A stretch of DNA of 23,634 nucleotides. Origin: Candidatus Hodarchaeota archaeon. GTDB lineage: Archaea; Asgardarchaeota; Heimdallarchaeia; Hodarchaeales; Hodarchaeaceae. Position numbers and translations under genes: made by a program. Under the pieces are notes generated by a model, which had not been told where the DNA came from, made no database searches, and saw nothing but the letters and a program-made list of their open reading frames with translations. Numbering within the stretch: the stretch's first letter is position 1; each line of letters opens with the position of its first letter. The stretch lies in contig JAEOTQ010000179.1 in NCBI GenBank assembly GCA_016839785.1, positions 1 to 23,634 on the forward strand, read 5' to 3'. Below are positions 1 to 9,161 of this stretch, one piece after another.

Positions 1-78
1 AATATAAGGAATAAGGAAAATAAGGATTGTTGAGCGGAAGAATGAATAGAAGGTTAAACAGAATTAGGTGAAGACTGG

Positions 79-552
79 ATGCAACAAAGAGATGAAATAC
101 ACCGCGAGTTGACACGTCTATTAAAAAGTGATACATCAATTAAAGTGACTTTACTAGGTGATAGAACAGGTCTAACAATTGCTAGAGCCTCAAGACTATT
201 GGTATCAGAAACTATGGGGGCCTTCGATCTTGAAAGTATCGGAGCAATCGCTTCTGCTGTGTTTTGCGGTGCTGCGGAACAAGGAAGTGCTTTAACTCTC
301 GGGGAGCTAGGTATAATGCTGGCTGAATTCACTGATGGTAAAATATTGACCGCTCAAAGTGGAGAACGGGGAGTTTTAGTGGTAGTTGCTGAATCGGATG
401 CTCAATTGGGATTAATCCGAGTGAGGATGAAAGAATCATCAGAATCGTTGGCAACACTCATGGATAGATTAACGGAACCATCAGCTGTCAAAATGAAGAA
501 ACCTGAATCTCAATCCATTATGGCTGCACTCAAAGAACTCGAAAACTTTTAA
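79..552 (+). CDS. Roadblock/LC7 (MglB-like) domain protein
   Basis: 157 aa; AGGTGA RBS at 66-71. Roadblock pattern: 'VTLLGDRTGLTIA...DLESIGAIASAVFCGAAEQGSALTLGELGIMLAEFTDGKILTAQSGERGVLVVVAESDAQLGLIRVRMK', followed by a short C-terminal helical tail. Confidence 0.9.
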   Translation: MQQRDEIHRELTRLLKSDTSIKVTLLGDRTGLTIARASRLLVSETMGAFDLESIGAIASAVFCGAAEQGSALTLGELGIMLAEFTDGKILTAQSGERGVLVVVAESDAQLGLIRVRMKESSESLATLMDRLTEPSAVKMKKPESQSIMAALKELENF

Positions 553-568
553 CCATTCAAGATTAATA

Positions 569-576
569 TTTTTTTT
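569..576 (+). terminator. Putative archaeal oligo-T terminator after the roadblock gene
   Basis: Run of 8 T beginning 17 nt after the stop codon at 552. Oligo-T tracts terminate archaeal transcription. Confidence 0.35.
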
Positions 577-590
577 CTGCTAATAACATA

Positions 591-596
591 TTATAA
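591..596 (+). promoter_or_regulatory. Putative TATA box for tfe (probably a leaderless transcript)
   Basis: TTATAA ending about 25 nt before the ATG at 621, with no Shine-Dalgarno motif in between. This spacing fits a transcription start at or near the start codon. Confidence 0.45.
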
Positions 597-620
597 GTAA
601 TATGTAGATCAGCTCCATCT

Positions 621-1253
621 ATGCAACTAGAAGTAGAAGGTTTAGAAGTGCCGTATTCCCAATTAGATGACGTTATTTTGAAATTAACTGATGAAGTTAC
701 GGTTAAAGTCCTCAATATTTTGCTAGAGCATAGAGAAATAATTGATGAAGACATTGTAAATATTTTGAATGAGGGTTTAGATCAGAACGAAACTGAAACC
801 CCTGAAGAAGATAACATAGTAAGGATTGCTCTTAAAGAAGTTAGAAAATCGCTATATAAGTTAAATGAAAGATCCTTGGCGAGATATCGACGAGTTCGAG
901 ATAAAGAAACGGGTTATTTTGTGTATTACTGGTCCCCCATTTGGGAAAGGATTCGCGATTTAATAGTAAGCCGTCGAAAACTAACAATAAAAAAATTAAA
1001 ACAACGCTTGGACTATGAACAACGGAATCTTCTCTACGTATGTGAAGAAGGGCATACTCCTGTTACTTTTTCTGATGCGTTTGAATTTGGGTTTCTGTGT
1101 ACTATCTGCGGACAGGAATTGGCTCAAAAGGAGAATGCGGAGACAATAACAGCTCTACAAAGCAAAATATCTGAGTTAGAGAAAATTCTCAAGACTGGTT
1201 TAGAAGAAATTCAGGGGATTGAAGAAAGAATGGAAAAGGCGGCTAATAATTGA
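621..1253 (+). CDS. tfe: Transcription initiation factor E (TFE / TFIIE-alpha)
   Basis: Winged helix 'DEDI...LKEVRKSLYKLNERSLARYRRVRDKETGYFVYYW'; zinc ribbon 'YVCEEGH...TFSDAFEFGFLCTICGQEL'; C-terminal coiled helix. Confidence 0.95.
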   Translation: MQLEVEGLEVPYSQLDDVILKLTDEVTVKVLNILLEHREIIDEDIVNILNEGLDQNETETPEEDNIVRIALKEVRKSLYKLNERSLARYRRVRDKETGYFVYYWSPIWERIRDLIVSRRKLTIKKLKQRLDYEQRNLLYVCEEGHTPVTFSDAFEFGFLCTICGQELAQKENAETITALQSKISELEKILKTGLEEIQGIEERMEKAANN

Positions 1254-1263
1254 TTGATCATTG

Positions 1264-2319
1264 TTAGAAAGCTCTTTTTACAGAAAAATCCGCAACTTGT
1301 TCCAGGAGTTTAAGCATTGTTTTGTCTTCAAAGTCAAGTGTAGCAATATTCATTTTTGCTTCATCAGCCCATTTTTGGGCTTCACTCATAACAAACTCTT
1401 TTACCTTAGATTTCTCGATTAAGGGGAAACTTTTGCTAATACGCTCTTCATCAGAAATTCCCTGATCTGTTAGATATCTTTTTAAGATATTTGCATCATT
1501 GGAATCAAGTAATCTTAGAGCATGTACAATTACGAAATTGCCCAATTTCTGCTCAATAATATCTTTGTATATAACCTTACCAAATGTATCAGCAGTTGAA
1601 AAAATGTCCAAGTAATCATCTGCAATCTGAAACGCAATACCTGCAGCCTGTCCATATTTTTCTGCGCTAGCTTGTTCATCTAGGGAAGCCCCAGCTACCA
1701 TTGCTCCTAGCTTACATGCTGCAGCTAATAGGGCTGCAGTTTTACCCTTAATCATCTGCAAATAATCTGCTAAGGTGACGTCGATATATCGATTCGATTG
1801 AAAGTATTCATTCTCTCTGTCATCTTTTTGTTCAAAGAGGATGTCTAATCGTTCACCTTCAGTTAACTGACGAATAGCTTTTGAATAAACATCAATTGTA
1901 TCAGTAAAATATTCGCCAGTAGATTTTGCGGCTTCATAAATGGCTTCTCTATATATTATGGCTGCTAAAATGGCAAATTCATCTCCAAATTCTGCTCTAG
2001 TGGTTTTTTTCCCCCGTCTAAGATCTCCCCGATCTATAATATCGTCTAGAATTAGAGAATATGTGTGTATTAGTTCAATACCTGCAGCAGCAGATCTAGA
2101 TTCCAGATTCTTATCTGAAGCACCAAATGCACGCGCGAATAGGAGAGTTAGGGCTGGCCGGAGTCTTTTTCCTCCAGTTGCTGTTTGCCATTTTACAAGA
2201 TCTGTGAAATCTGTATGAATATCTTTGAGCAGAAATTCATACATTTTTTCTTCGACGGACCTACCTAAGACACTTAATTCGGAAAATACTTCTTTAAAAT
2301 CAGAATCATTCATTTTCAA
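1264..2319 (-). CDS. idsA: Short-chain trans-isoprenyl diphosphate synthase (probably geranylgeranyl diphosphate synthase)
   Basis: GGKRLRP; FARM 'YSLILDDIIDRGDLRRG' with an aromatic residue at -5 (short-chain signature); 'KTAAL'; SARM 'FQIADDYLD'; 'FGK..YKDI.E.K'. Confidence 0.9.
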   Translation of the reverse strand: MKMNDSDFKEVFSELSVLGRSVEEKMYEFLLKDIHTDFTDLVKWQTATGGKRLRPALTLLFARAFGASDKNLESRSAAAGIELIHTYSLILDDIIDRGDLRRGKKTTRAEFGDEFAILAAIIYREAIYEAAKSTGEYFTDTIDVYSKAIRQLTEGERLDILFEQKDDRENEYFQSNRYIDVTLADYLQMIKGKTAALLAAACKLGAMVAGASLDEQASAEKYGQAAGIAFQIADDYLDIFSTADTFGKVIYKDIIEQKLGNFVIVHALRLLDSNDANILKRYLTDQGISDEERISKSFPLIEKSKVKEFVMSEAQKWADEAKMNIATLDFEDKTMLKLLEQVADFSVKRAF

Positions 2320-2503
2320 TTCACCTGAAATTATAATACTGATGTTTACTCTTGTTTTCGTTCAAGAATGAACAATTAACGAGTTTCACACTTATTCAAG
2401 CATTTGAATCATGCTTAAATTAAATTTATCCTCGGTAATCGAGAAATAAATTTCTCACAAAGAATTGTAGAATATGAATCAGTATTTTTTCATCGAATTA
2501 GAC

Positions 2504-3232
2504 TCATTCCAGGTTTCTAGAAGCTAAAATCCATGATGTAGCCTGTTCTAATGAATCCACAACAGTTGAAGGAGTACTATATCGGTGTAAAATTGACTCA
2601 TTTACCAAACCAGTTGTTAAACCAATCGTTTTTACTCCTGCATCATTTCCTGCCAGGATGTCTACAGGCATGTCTCCCAGAAAAAAACTTAATTGAGGAC
2701 TTGTGGAACACGCTTCAATGGCAAGAAGAAGCCCTTCAGGATCAGGCTTAATTCTAAGCACATCATCCCTTGAAACTAAGGCTCTTGGATGAAAGAAATC
2801 TTTGATGTCATGTTTTTCTATCGTTTCTTCTAATTGCTTCCGAGAAGCATTTGTACAGATACCTAATTGGAATCCATGGTTTGTGAGTATTGAGAGACTC
2901 TGTTTTACATCTGGAAAAATTGGGGCATTCTCATAAACTGATTTGACCTTATTTATACAAGAAAAAGCAAAAATCAATGATTTCATGCGGCCTAGCCCTA
3001 ATTCTCTTCCAATGTTCCAAAAAACACCGAAAACAAGCCTAAAACCACTATTTATTTGAGGAGTTTGAAATTTTGTCAATAATCGAATACCTATTGTTTC
3101 CATTGACTCTGTAGTCACAATAATTCCATTTTTTTCGAGATTAGAACTGACTATTTCTGTGAATGCTCGCATAGAATCAATTAAAGTTCCATCTAAGTCG
3201 AAAATTACAGCACTGGTCAAAGGATTTTCCAT
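2504..3232 (-). CDS. HAD-superfamily hydrolase (subfamily IA, phosphoglycolate-phosphatase-like)
   Basis: Motif I FDLDGTLIDS, motif II ICTN, motif III KPDPEG, motif IV GDMPVDILAG. Confidence 0.92.
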   Translation of the reverse strand: MENPLTSAVIFDLDGTLIDSMRAFTEIVSSNLEKNGIIVTTESMETIGIRLLTKFQTPQINSGFRLVFGVFWNIGRELGLGRMKSLIFAFSCINKVKSVYENAPIFPDVKQSLSILTNHGFQLGICTNASRKQLEETIEKHDIKDFFHPRALVSRDDVLRIKPDPEGLLLAIEACSTSPQLSFFLGDMPVDILAGNDAGVKTIGLTTGLVNESILHRYSTPSTVVDSLEQATSWILASRNLE

Positions 3233-3505
3233 CTTCGGTTAACCTTACGAAGATTGTATGTGTAAATAAGCGATTTGTTGGGGATATCTTGATGATTGAC
3301 ATAATACTAGCTAAACTAGTCTGAAGATCCAATATGTAACGAAATTCAATTTGATTATTACTAATTTACGTAATTAGCAACCTTTCTGGATCCTCTATAC
3401 TATCGATGATTATTCGTATTTCCTACTTTAATCCTGATAATCTGTTAGACTTCAATAATATGAGGTGAAATGAGAAATGTCATATTAGAAGCTGAAAATT
3501 CCTAC

Positions 3506-3522
3506 AAAGAAAATTTAAATTT
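3506..3522 (+). promoter_or_regulatory. Putative BRE/TATA promoter upstream of the coiled-coil gene
   Basis: Purine-rich AAAGAAAA followed by TTTAAA (3514-3519), inside the palindrome AAATTTAAATTT (3511-3522). Confidence 0.35.
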
Positions 3523-3620
3523 CAGAGGTTTTCAGTGAAGTAGAGTCTGAAGGGTTTTTCTGCTATCAAACTGACACCAGTGCTAAGCACTGATAGTTTA
3601 ATTTTGTACGAGTGATATAA

Positions 3621-4580
3621 ATGACAAAAGCTTTTGAAGTTCAGGATCTACGGAGTTTAAGAGAAGAAATTATACAGCTTCGAGATCAAAAAGCTGACTT
3701 ACTAAGTAATCTCCGAAAATTGGAAAAAGAGCGAAATCAGAGACGTGAAGAGAGGGATAATCTTAACAAATTGGCATCTGAGAATTTCGCCAAAGTAAGA
3801 GGGTTAAAAGACCAACGCGATAAAAACAACCGCGCAATCCAGGAGTTAAAAGCAGTCCGCCGTAGCGTTCTTGAAGAAATGAAGGAGCTTATAGAAAAAG
3901 CTAAATCATTGCAAGAAGAAATTAAGTCAATGGATATCACTGAGAATGATATTAGGAAATCACACGGTCTGAGGAAACGTATCGATAGTTTGGATTGGAA
4001 AATACAAACTACATCAAGAATGGGGATTGCAGAAGAACGGCAACTCACAGAGCAAGTAAACGCTCTAATGGAGCAATTAGGTGATATTTCTGTATCTACT
4101 GAAAAGCTCAAAGCACGAAAAGAAATAAACAGGGAAATTAATCATCTTAGAGGATTTTTGGATCATAGCTGGAAAGATTTTCAGGATCTTGTTGAGAATT
4201 CTCAACGATCACATCAAGAATTAACCGACCTTTATGACACTGGAAAAAAGGCAAAAGATGAAGCCGATAGGTGCCATAAAACTTTTCTGGAGAGAGCAGA
4301 TGAAATCAGAGTACTTCGGGATGAATTTCGTGCCTTGAATAAGTCACTAAGGGAAAAATCTAGTATCTTTAGGGAGCAAAATCGAGCTCAAAAAGAGCGC
4401 GTTCAACTTGAACGAGAAAAAGCTAGCGCTGAGATATTGGAAGAACAAAAAGCTATAATTCAAGAGAAACTAAGCTCTAAAAAGAAAAAAGTACTCTCCA
4501 TTGAAGAAATGCGCATTATGATGAATCAAGATCCAGATTTTTTGAGTAGTGACGAAATGCTTGAGGAAGAAGAGGAATAA
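3621..4580 (+). CDS. Archaeal coiled-coil protein (COG1340-like)
   Basis: 319 aa of continuous heptads. The central non-coiled motif 'LRKRIDSLDWKIQTTSRMGIAEERQLTEQVNAL' and the C-terminal 'KKVLSIEEMRIM' resemble this archaeal family. GAGTGA RBS. Confidence 0.75.
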   Translation: MTKAFEVQDLRSLREEIIQLRDQKADLLSNLRKLEKERNQRREERDNLNKLASENFAKVRGLKDQRDKNNRAIQELKAVRRSVLEEMKELIEKAKSLQEEIKSMDITENDIRKSHGLRKRIDSLDWKIQTTSRMGIAEERQLTEQVNALMEQLGDISVSTEKLKARKEINREINHLRGFLDHSWKDFQDLVENSQRSHQELTDLYDTGKKAKDEADRCHKTFLERADEIRVLRDEFRALNKSLREKSSIFREQNRAQKERVQLEREKASAEILEEQKAIIQEKLSSKKKKVLSIEEMRIMMNQDPDFLSSDEMLEEEEE

Positions 4581-4712
4581 ACTTCTTTCAATGAATTGCA
4601 TAGTTGGGGTATCTAGTAAATCATTTCTTGGCTAGTAAAAAAACATTTTAGTAGATCCGAAAAGTTGTTCTCTAGAGATAAATAGTCTAAAATATAGGAG
4701 ACAAAGTTTCTT

Positions 4713-5450
4713 TTGGATGAAAAAGAGTTTTTTAAACTTGTAGGTAATGAAACGCGGAGGAAAATACTACGCTCAATTGCACATGAACCCAAGTATCTTT
4801 TTCAGCTTGCAAAAGAATTAGAAAGATCTCAACAACATCTTCAACAGCATCTTCAGTGTTTATTGGAAAAAGGATGGTTAATTCAAGAACTAGTGGATGG
4901 ACCACATGGCCCAGCGAGAAAACTTTATCGAATTGCCAAAAATCTGTCAGTTCGAATAACACTCAGCGAACACTCCTTTGATATAGATGTCTTCGATATC
5001 CAAATCGGGCATCAAAGCAAGCCAATCGATAATTTACATTCTCATTTGGAGGAAATTAGTAATGATTTGGCCTCAACGCTTTCACACGTGGTCCAAAAAG
5101 ATCAACAAGATTACGCCGAACAAATCCAATCTTTAAATGATATTCTTGATAAACTAGGATCCGTTGAAAGTTTTATACTGGGAAAGAAAATTTCTATTAC
5201 AGGGGAACTCCATGAAACAATATCTATGAAACTGGAGGGAGATGATCATCGAAAAGATCGAAAACTGGCGTATACGATCTTTAGAAGTTCAGCTCCTATT
5301 ACAATAGGACTAATCCAGAAGGAAATCAAAACCAAACGATCAGAACTTCTTGCTTCTCTCAAAAGGTTAAACGAGAAGAATTTGTTACCAGAAAGCGGAT
5401 TAAACTTGCTAAATAAACTAGAAGTCACATTGAGTAGCCAAACGGAGTGA
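4713..5450 (+). CDS. ArsR-type winged-helix transcriptional regulator, Phr/HSR-like heat-shock repressor (COG1777-like)
   Basis: TTG start after AGGAG (4696-4700). 'LVGNETRRKILRSIAHEPKYLFQLAKEL...QQHLQCLLEKGWL...GPARKLYRIAKNLSVRITL' matches the Thermococcales Phr N-terminus pattern, followed by a coiled-coil region. Lies directly upstream of grpE. Confidence 0.85.
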   Translation: MDEKEFFKLVGNETRRKILRSIAHEPKYLFQLAKELERSQQHLQQHLQCLLEKGWLIQELVDGPHGPARKLYRIAKNLSVRITLSEHSFDIDVFDIQIGHQSKPIDNLHSHLEEISNDLASTLSHVVQKDQQDYAEQIQSLNDILDKLGSVESFILGKKISITGELHETISMKLEGDDHRKDRKLAYTIFRSSAPITIGLIQKEIKTKRSELLASLKRLNEKNLLPESGLNLLNKLEVTLSSQTE

Positions 5451-5459
5451 AAAATACCA

Positions 5460-6098
5460 ATGAAAGAACATACTCCACAGAACACAGAAAATGATTCAAA
5501 GTTCTACGACATTGATGAACAAATTAAAGAATCTGACTCAAAAGAAGTCAAGATGTCAACAAAGACTACCACTATGGATAGTAAATCATCTCAGCAAAAT
5601 GAACAAGGAGAGCTAGAAACTTTAATTGAGAAATTAAAAGAAGAGTTAAGACAAAAAGAGAAAACGGATCAAAAAAACAAGGATCGTTTACTCCGTGCTT
5701 TAGCTGATTATGAAAACCTTGAGAAGCGAACGAAAGCTGAGAGACAAAGATTATTAAAAAATGCTAATATCAATCTTCTCACGAAATTTCTTGAACTTGC
5801 AGATACCTTAGAAAAAGCAAAATCAAGCTTTATCGATTCCTCAAATACTAATGATGAATTAAAAGAGGGTTTTCTGGCGATTGAAAGACAATTTTCAAGT
5901 ATTTTGACCAATGAAGGTGTGAAAAAACTTGAATGTCTTGGGACTAAATTCGATCCAGCTTTCCATGAAGCTGTATTCGTAAGAACAGATTCAGGAGAAG
6001 GAGAAGACATAATTTTAGAAGAAGTTCAGACTGGTTACACACTGAACGATACCTTACTACGACCTAGTAAGGTGATAATTTCAAAATTAAAATATTAA
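5460..6098 (+). CDS. grpE: Nucleotide exchange factor GrpE
   Basis: 'RLLRALADYENLEKRT', 'GTKFDPAFHEAV', 'EEVQTGYTLNDTLLRPSKVII'; adjacent to dnaK. Confidence 0.97.
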   Translation: MKEHTPQNTENDSKFYDIDEQIKESDSKEVKMSTKTTTMDSKSSQQNEQGELETLIEKLKEELRQKEKTDQKNKDRLLRALADYENLEKRTKAERQRLLKNANINLLTKFLELADTLEKAKSSFIDSSNTNDELKEGFLAIERQFSSILTNEGVKKLECLGTKFDPAFHEAVFVRTDSGEGEDIILEEVQTGYTLNDTLLRPSKVIISKLKY

Positions 6099-6110
6099 GG
6101 TGAACATTAA

Positions 6111-7943
6111 ATGCCTAGACCAATTGGTATAGATTTAGGAACGACTTTTTCTGCCATAGCCACAATGGAAGGTGGAAAAGCAAAGATTATTCCCAATGCG
6201 GAAGGTCAGCGAATTACTCCCTCTGTAGTATCAATTTCAAAAGAGGGTGAACGAGTAGTTGGAATACAGGCTAAAAGACAAGCTGTTTCCAACCCTGAGA
6301 GGACAATTAGATCCATTAAAAGAGAGATGGGAACCAATTATTCGGTGACTATCGATGGAAAAGTCTATAAACCTCCTGAAATAAGTGCGATGATTCTACA
6401 AAAACTGAAAAGAGATGCTGAAGCGTATTTGGGAGAAACTATTACTCAAGCAGTAATTACTGTTCCAGCGTATTTTTCTGATTCCCAACGTCAAGCTACA
6501 AAAGATGCAGGAAAAATTGCTGGATTAGAAGTTCTAAGAATTATCAATGAACCTACAAGTGCTTCCTTAGCCTATGGAATAGATAAAGAAGATGAATCAA
6601 CAATTCTTGTTTTTGACTTGGGTGGTGGAACTTTTGATGTTTCAATATTAGAACTTTCTGAGGGTGTATTTGAGGTTAAAGCAACTTCAGGAAATAATAG
6701 ACTGGGTGGAGACGATTTCGATCAACGTATTATTGATTGGATGATTGAAGAGTTTCAAAAACAAAGCGGATTGGATCTTTCGAAAGATCCGATGGCATTA
6801 CAGCGATTGAAAGATGCGGCAGAGCAAGCAAAGATTGAATTGTCACAGAAAACTTCAGCAGCTATCAATTTACCGTATGTTTATGCTGATAATACTGGCC
6901 CTAAACATCTAAATCTTTCTCTCGAAAGGTCAAAATTCGAAATTATGATTGCTGACCTCATTGAAAAAGCTATGGGACCTACTCGACAAGCATTATCTGA
7001 TGCAAAACTCCAACCATCAGGAATCGACAAAATTTTGCTTGTTGGCGGTTCTACCCGTGTTCCTGCAGTTCAATCCGCAATACGAAACTATTTCAATAAA
7101 GAGCCGACAAAAGAACTCAATCCTGATGAATGTGTCGCTCTGGGAGCAGCCATACAGGCCGCAATTATTACTGGTGAAGTAAAAGATGTTTTATTGCTAG
7201 ATGTTACTCCATTATCTTTGGGGATAGAAACCTTAGGTGGAGTATTCACAATGTTAATTGAAAGAAATACTACTATTCCCACTCATAAGAGTCAAATCTT
7301 CTCTACCGCAGCTGATAATCAACCATCAGTTGAAATTCATGTATTACAAGGAGAGAGGAAAATGGCTGCGGGGAATATAACCCTAGGCAAATTTCAATTA
7401 GTCGGTATACCTCCTGCGCCTCGTGGTGTTCCACAAATTGAGGTAAGCTTTGATATTGATGCCAATGGAATTGTAAATGTATCCGCAAAAGACCTAGGAA
7501 CCGGAAATGAACAGAAAATCACTATTAAAAGCGATAGTGGCCTTTCAGAAGCAGATTTCAAGAGAATGGCTGAAGAAGCGGAAAAGTACGCCGAAGAAGA
7601 TAGTAAACGATTGGAAGAAGCTGAAGCACGAAATAAAGCGGACTCACTTGTCTATCAAGTCGAAAAGATGATTAAGGATTTGGGTGAGAAAGTTGATGCT
7701 ACAACAAAAAGTAATGCAGAGAGTACGATTGAATCACTTAAATCCTCTTTACAGAGTGGAAATATTCCTGATGTAATTAAAAAGAGCGAAGATTTAGAAA
7801 AAATTGCACATGAATTAGCACAGAAACTTTATGCACAACAAGCTCCGCAAGGCGCTCCAGGCGGTGGGTTTCAAGGTGCTCCATCTGGTCAAGATGACTC
7901 CGAAGTTGTCGACGTAGATTATGAGATTGTCGATGAAGAGTAG
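6111..7943 (+). CDS. dnaK: Chaperone DnaK (Hsp70)
   Basis: [61 protein letters not shown]; AGGTGA RBS. It lacks the ~24-aa N-terminal insertion of diderm and eukaryotic Hsp70s. Confidence 0.99.
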   Translation: MPRPIGIDLGTTFSAIATMEGGKAKIIPNAEGQRITPSVVSISKEGERVVGIQAKRQAVSNPERTIRSIKREMGTNYSVTIDGKVYKPPEISAMILQKLKRDAEAYLGETITQAVITVPAYFSDSQRQATKDAGKIAGLEVLRIINEPTSASLAYGIDKEDESTILVFDLGGGTFDVSILELSEGVFEVKATSGNNRLGGDDFDQRIIDWMIEEFQKQSGLDLSKDPMALQRLKDAAEQAKIELSQKTSAAINLPYVYADNTGPKHLNLSLERSKFEIMIADLIEKAMGPTRQALSDAKLQPSGIDKILLVGGSTRVPAVQSAIRNYFNKEPTKELNPDECVALGAAIQAAIITGEVKDVLLLDVTPLSLGIETLGGVFTMLIERNTTIPTHKSQIFSTAADNQPSVEIHVLQGERKMAAGNITLGKFQLVGIPPAPRGVPQIEVSFDIDANGIVNVSAKDLGTGNEQKITIKSDSGLSEADFKRMAEEAEKYAEEDSKRLEEAEARNKADSLVYQVEKMIKDLGEKVDATTKSNAESTIESLKSSLQSGNIPDVIKKSEDLEKIAHELAQKLYAQQAPQGAPGGGFQGAPSGQDDSEVVDVDYEIVDEE

Positions 7944-7965
7944 GTAAAATCTAAGAATTTATCAG

Positions 7966-9123
7966 GTGATATTGCTGAGTAAAAACAAGAAAGATTACTA
8001 TGAGGTTCTTGGTGTCCAAAGGAGTGCAGATCTTAAAGATATCAAGAAATCATTCCGAAGTTTAGCTCGGAAATATCATCCCGATATGAATCCAAACGAT
8101 CCGAGTGCAGAAGATAAGTTCAAAGAAGTAGCAGAAGCATTCGAAGTATTATCAGATGATGAAAAACGGTCTTTATATGATCGATATGGTCATGAAGGCT
8201 TATCAGGAGCTTCTTTTAGAGATTTTTCAGGAATGGGACTAGACGATCTTTTTGGGGGCTTTGGTATATTTGAAAATCTCTTCAATGCTTTTGGAGGCGG
8301 AACTCAAGCTAGAACTTCCCGTTCTCGCGCTAGGCGTGGCCAAGATGTCAGACTTAACATTGATCTCTCATTCGATGAGGCAATGAAAGGAATTATGAAG
8401 TCAATTAAAGTTCCTAACTGGGCTCAATGTCCTGTATGCCATGGCAATAGAGTAAAGCAAGGAGAATCACTCATTAAGTGTAGCACCTGTGATGGAGTAG
8501 GAGAAGTGCGTCAGGTTCAAAGAACGGCCTTTGGGCAGATGATAAATATCACCACTTGTCCAAAATGCCGTGGAGAAGGGGAGATGTTGAAAAAAGGGAC
8601 AGCGTGTGAGACCTGTGACGGGATTGGCAAAGTCAAGCAATCGAGAACTGTAGAAGCTCATGTCCCCGCGGGTGTGGATTCAGGAATGCGTGTTGTTGTT
8701 CAAGGAGAGGGCCGATCAGGTGAGTTGGGAGGGCCTTCTGGAGATTTATATTTGGTAGTAAACGTATCACCTCATCCCTTCTTCCAAAGAAATGGTTCAG
8801 ATATTCTTCTAGAATATCCAATTAGTTTTCTTGATGCCGTATTAGGCACTAAACTAACTATTCCTACAATTAATGGAGATGAGAAAATTACAATTAAACC
8901 AGGGACCGAATCTGGGAAAATAATAACCCTTAGAAAGAAAGGCGCCCCGAATCCTAATAGGTCTGGTCGTGGTGATATGCACATAGGTATTACTGTAAAA
9001 TTTCCTAACAAATTAGAAAAAAGTGTGAAACAAACGTTAGAAAAACTTCATGAAGAAGATGAGGCAAAATATGTATTAAGAGATAATCCTGGATTAGCTA
9101 AATACCTAGGTTCCCAAAAATGA
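7966..9123 (+). CDS. dnaJ: Chaperone DnaJ (class A)
   Basis: J domain with HPD, a G/F-rich region, four CxxCxG zinc motifs and C-terminal domains. The real start may be TTG 7972 or CTG 7975, because GGTGA overlaps the annotated GTG. Confidence 0.98.
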   Translation: MILLSKNKKDYYEVLGVQRSADLKDIKKSFRSLARKYHPDMNPNDPSAEDKFKEVAEAFEVLSDDEKRSLYDRYGHEGLSGASFRDFSGMGLDDLFGGFGIFENLFNAFGGGTQARTSRSRARRGQDVRLNIDLSFDEAMKGIMKSIKVPNWAQCPVCHGNRVKQGESLIKCSTCDGVGEVRQVQRTAFGQMINITTCPKCRGEGEMLKKGTACETCDGIGKVKQSRTVEAHVPAGVDSGMRVVVQGEGRSGELGGPSGDLYLVVNVSPHPFFQRNGSDILLEYPISFLDAVLGTKLTIPTINGDEKITIKPGTESGKIITLRKKGAPNPNRSGRGDMHIGITVKFPNKLEKSVKQTLEKLHEEDEAKYVLRDNPGLAKYLGSQK

Positions 9124-9161
9124 TAAGATTATCTAATTTTGAGAGATGGATTTCCGCTTAT

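Noticed and set aside
4581-4712. CIRCE/HrcA regulation of the dnaK operon
   Set aside because: No TTAGCACTC-N9-GAGTGCTAA is present, and the upstream gene is Phr-like rather than HrcA.
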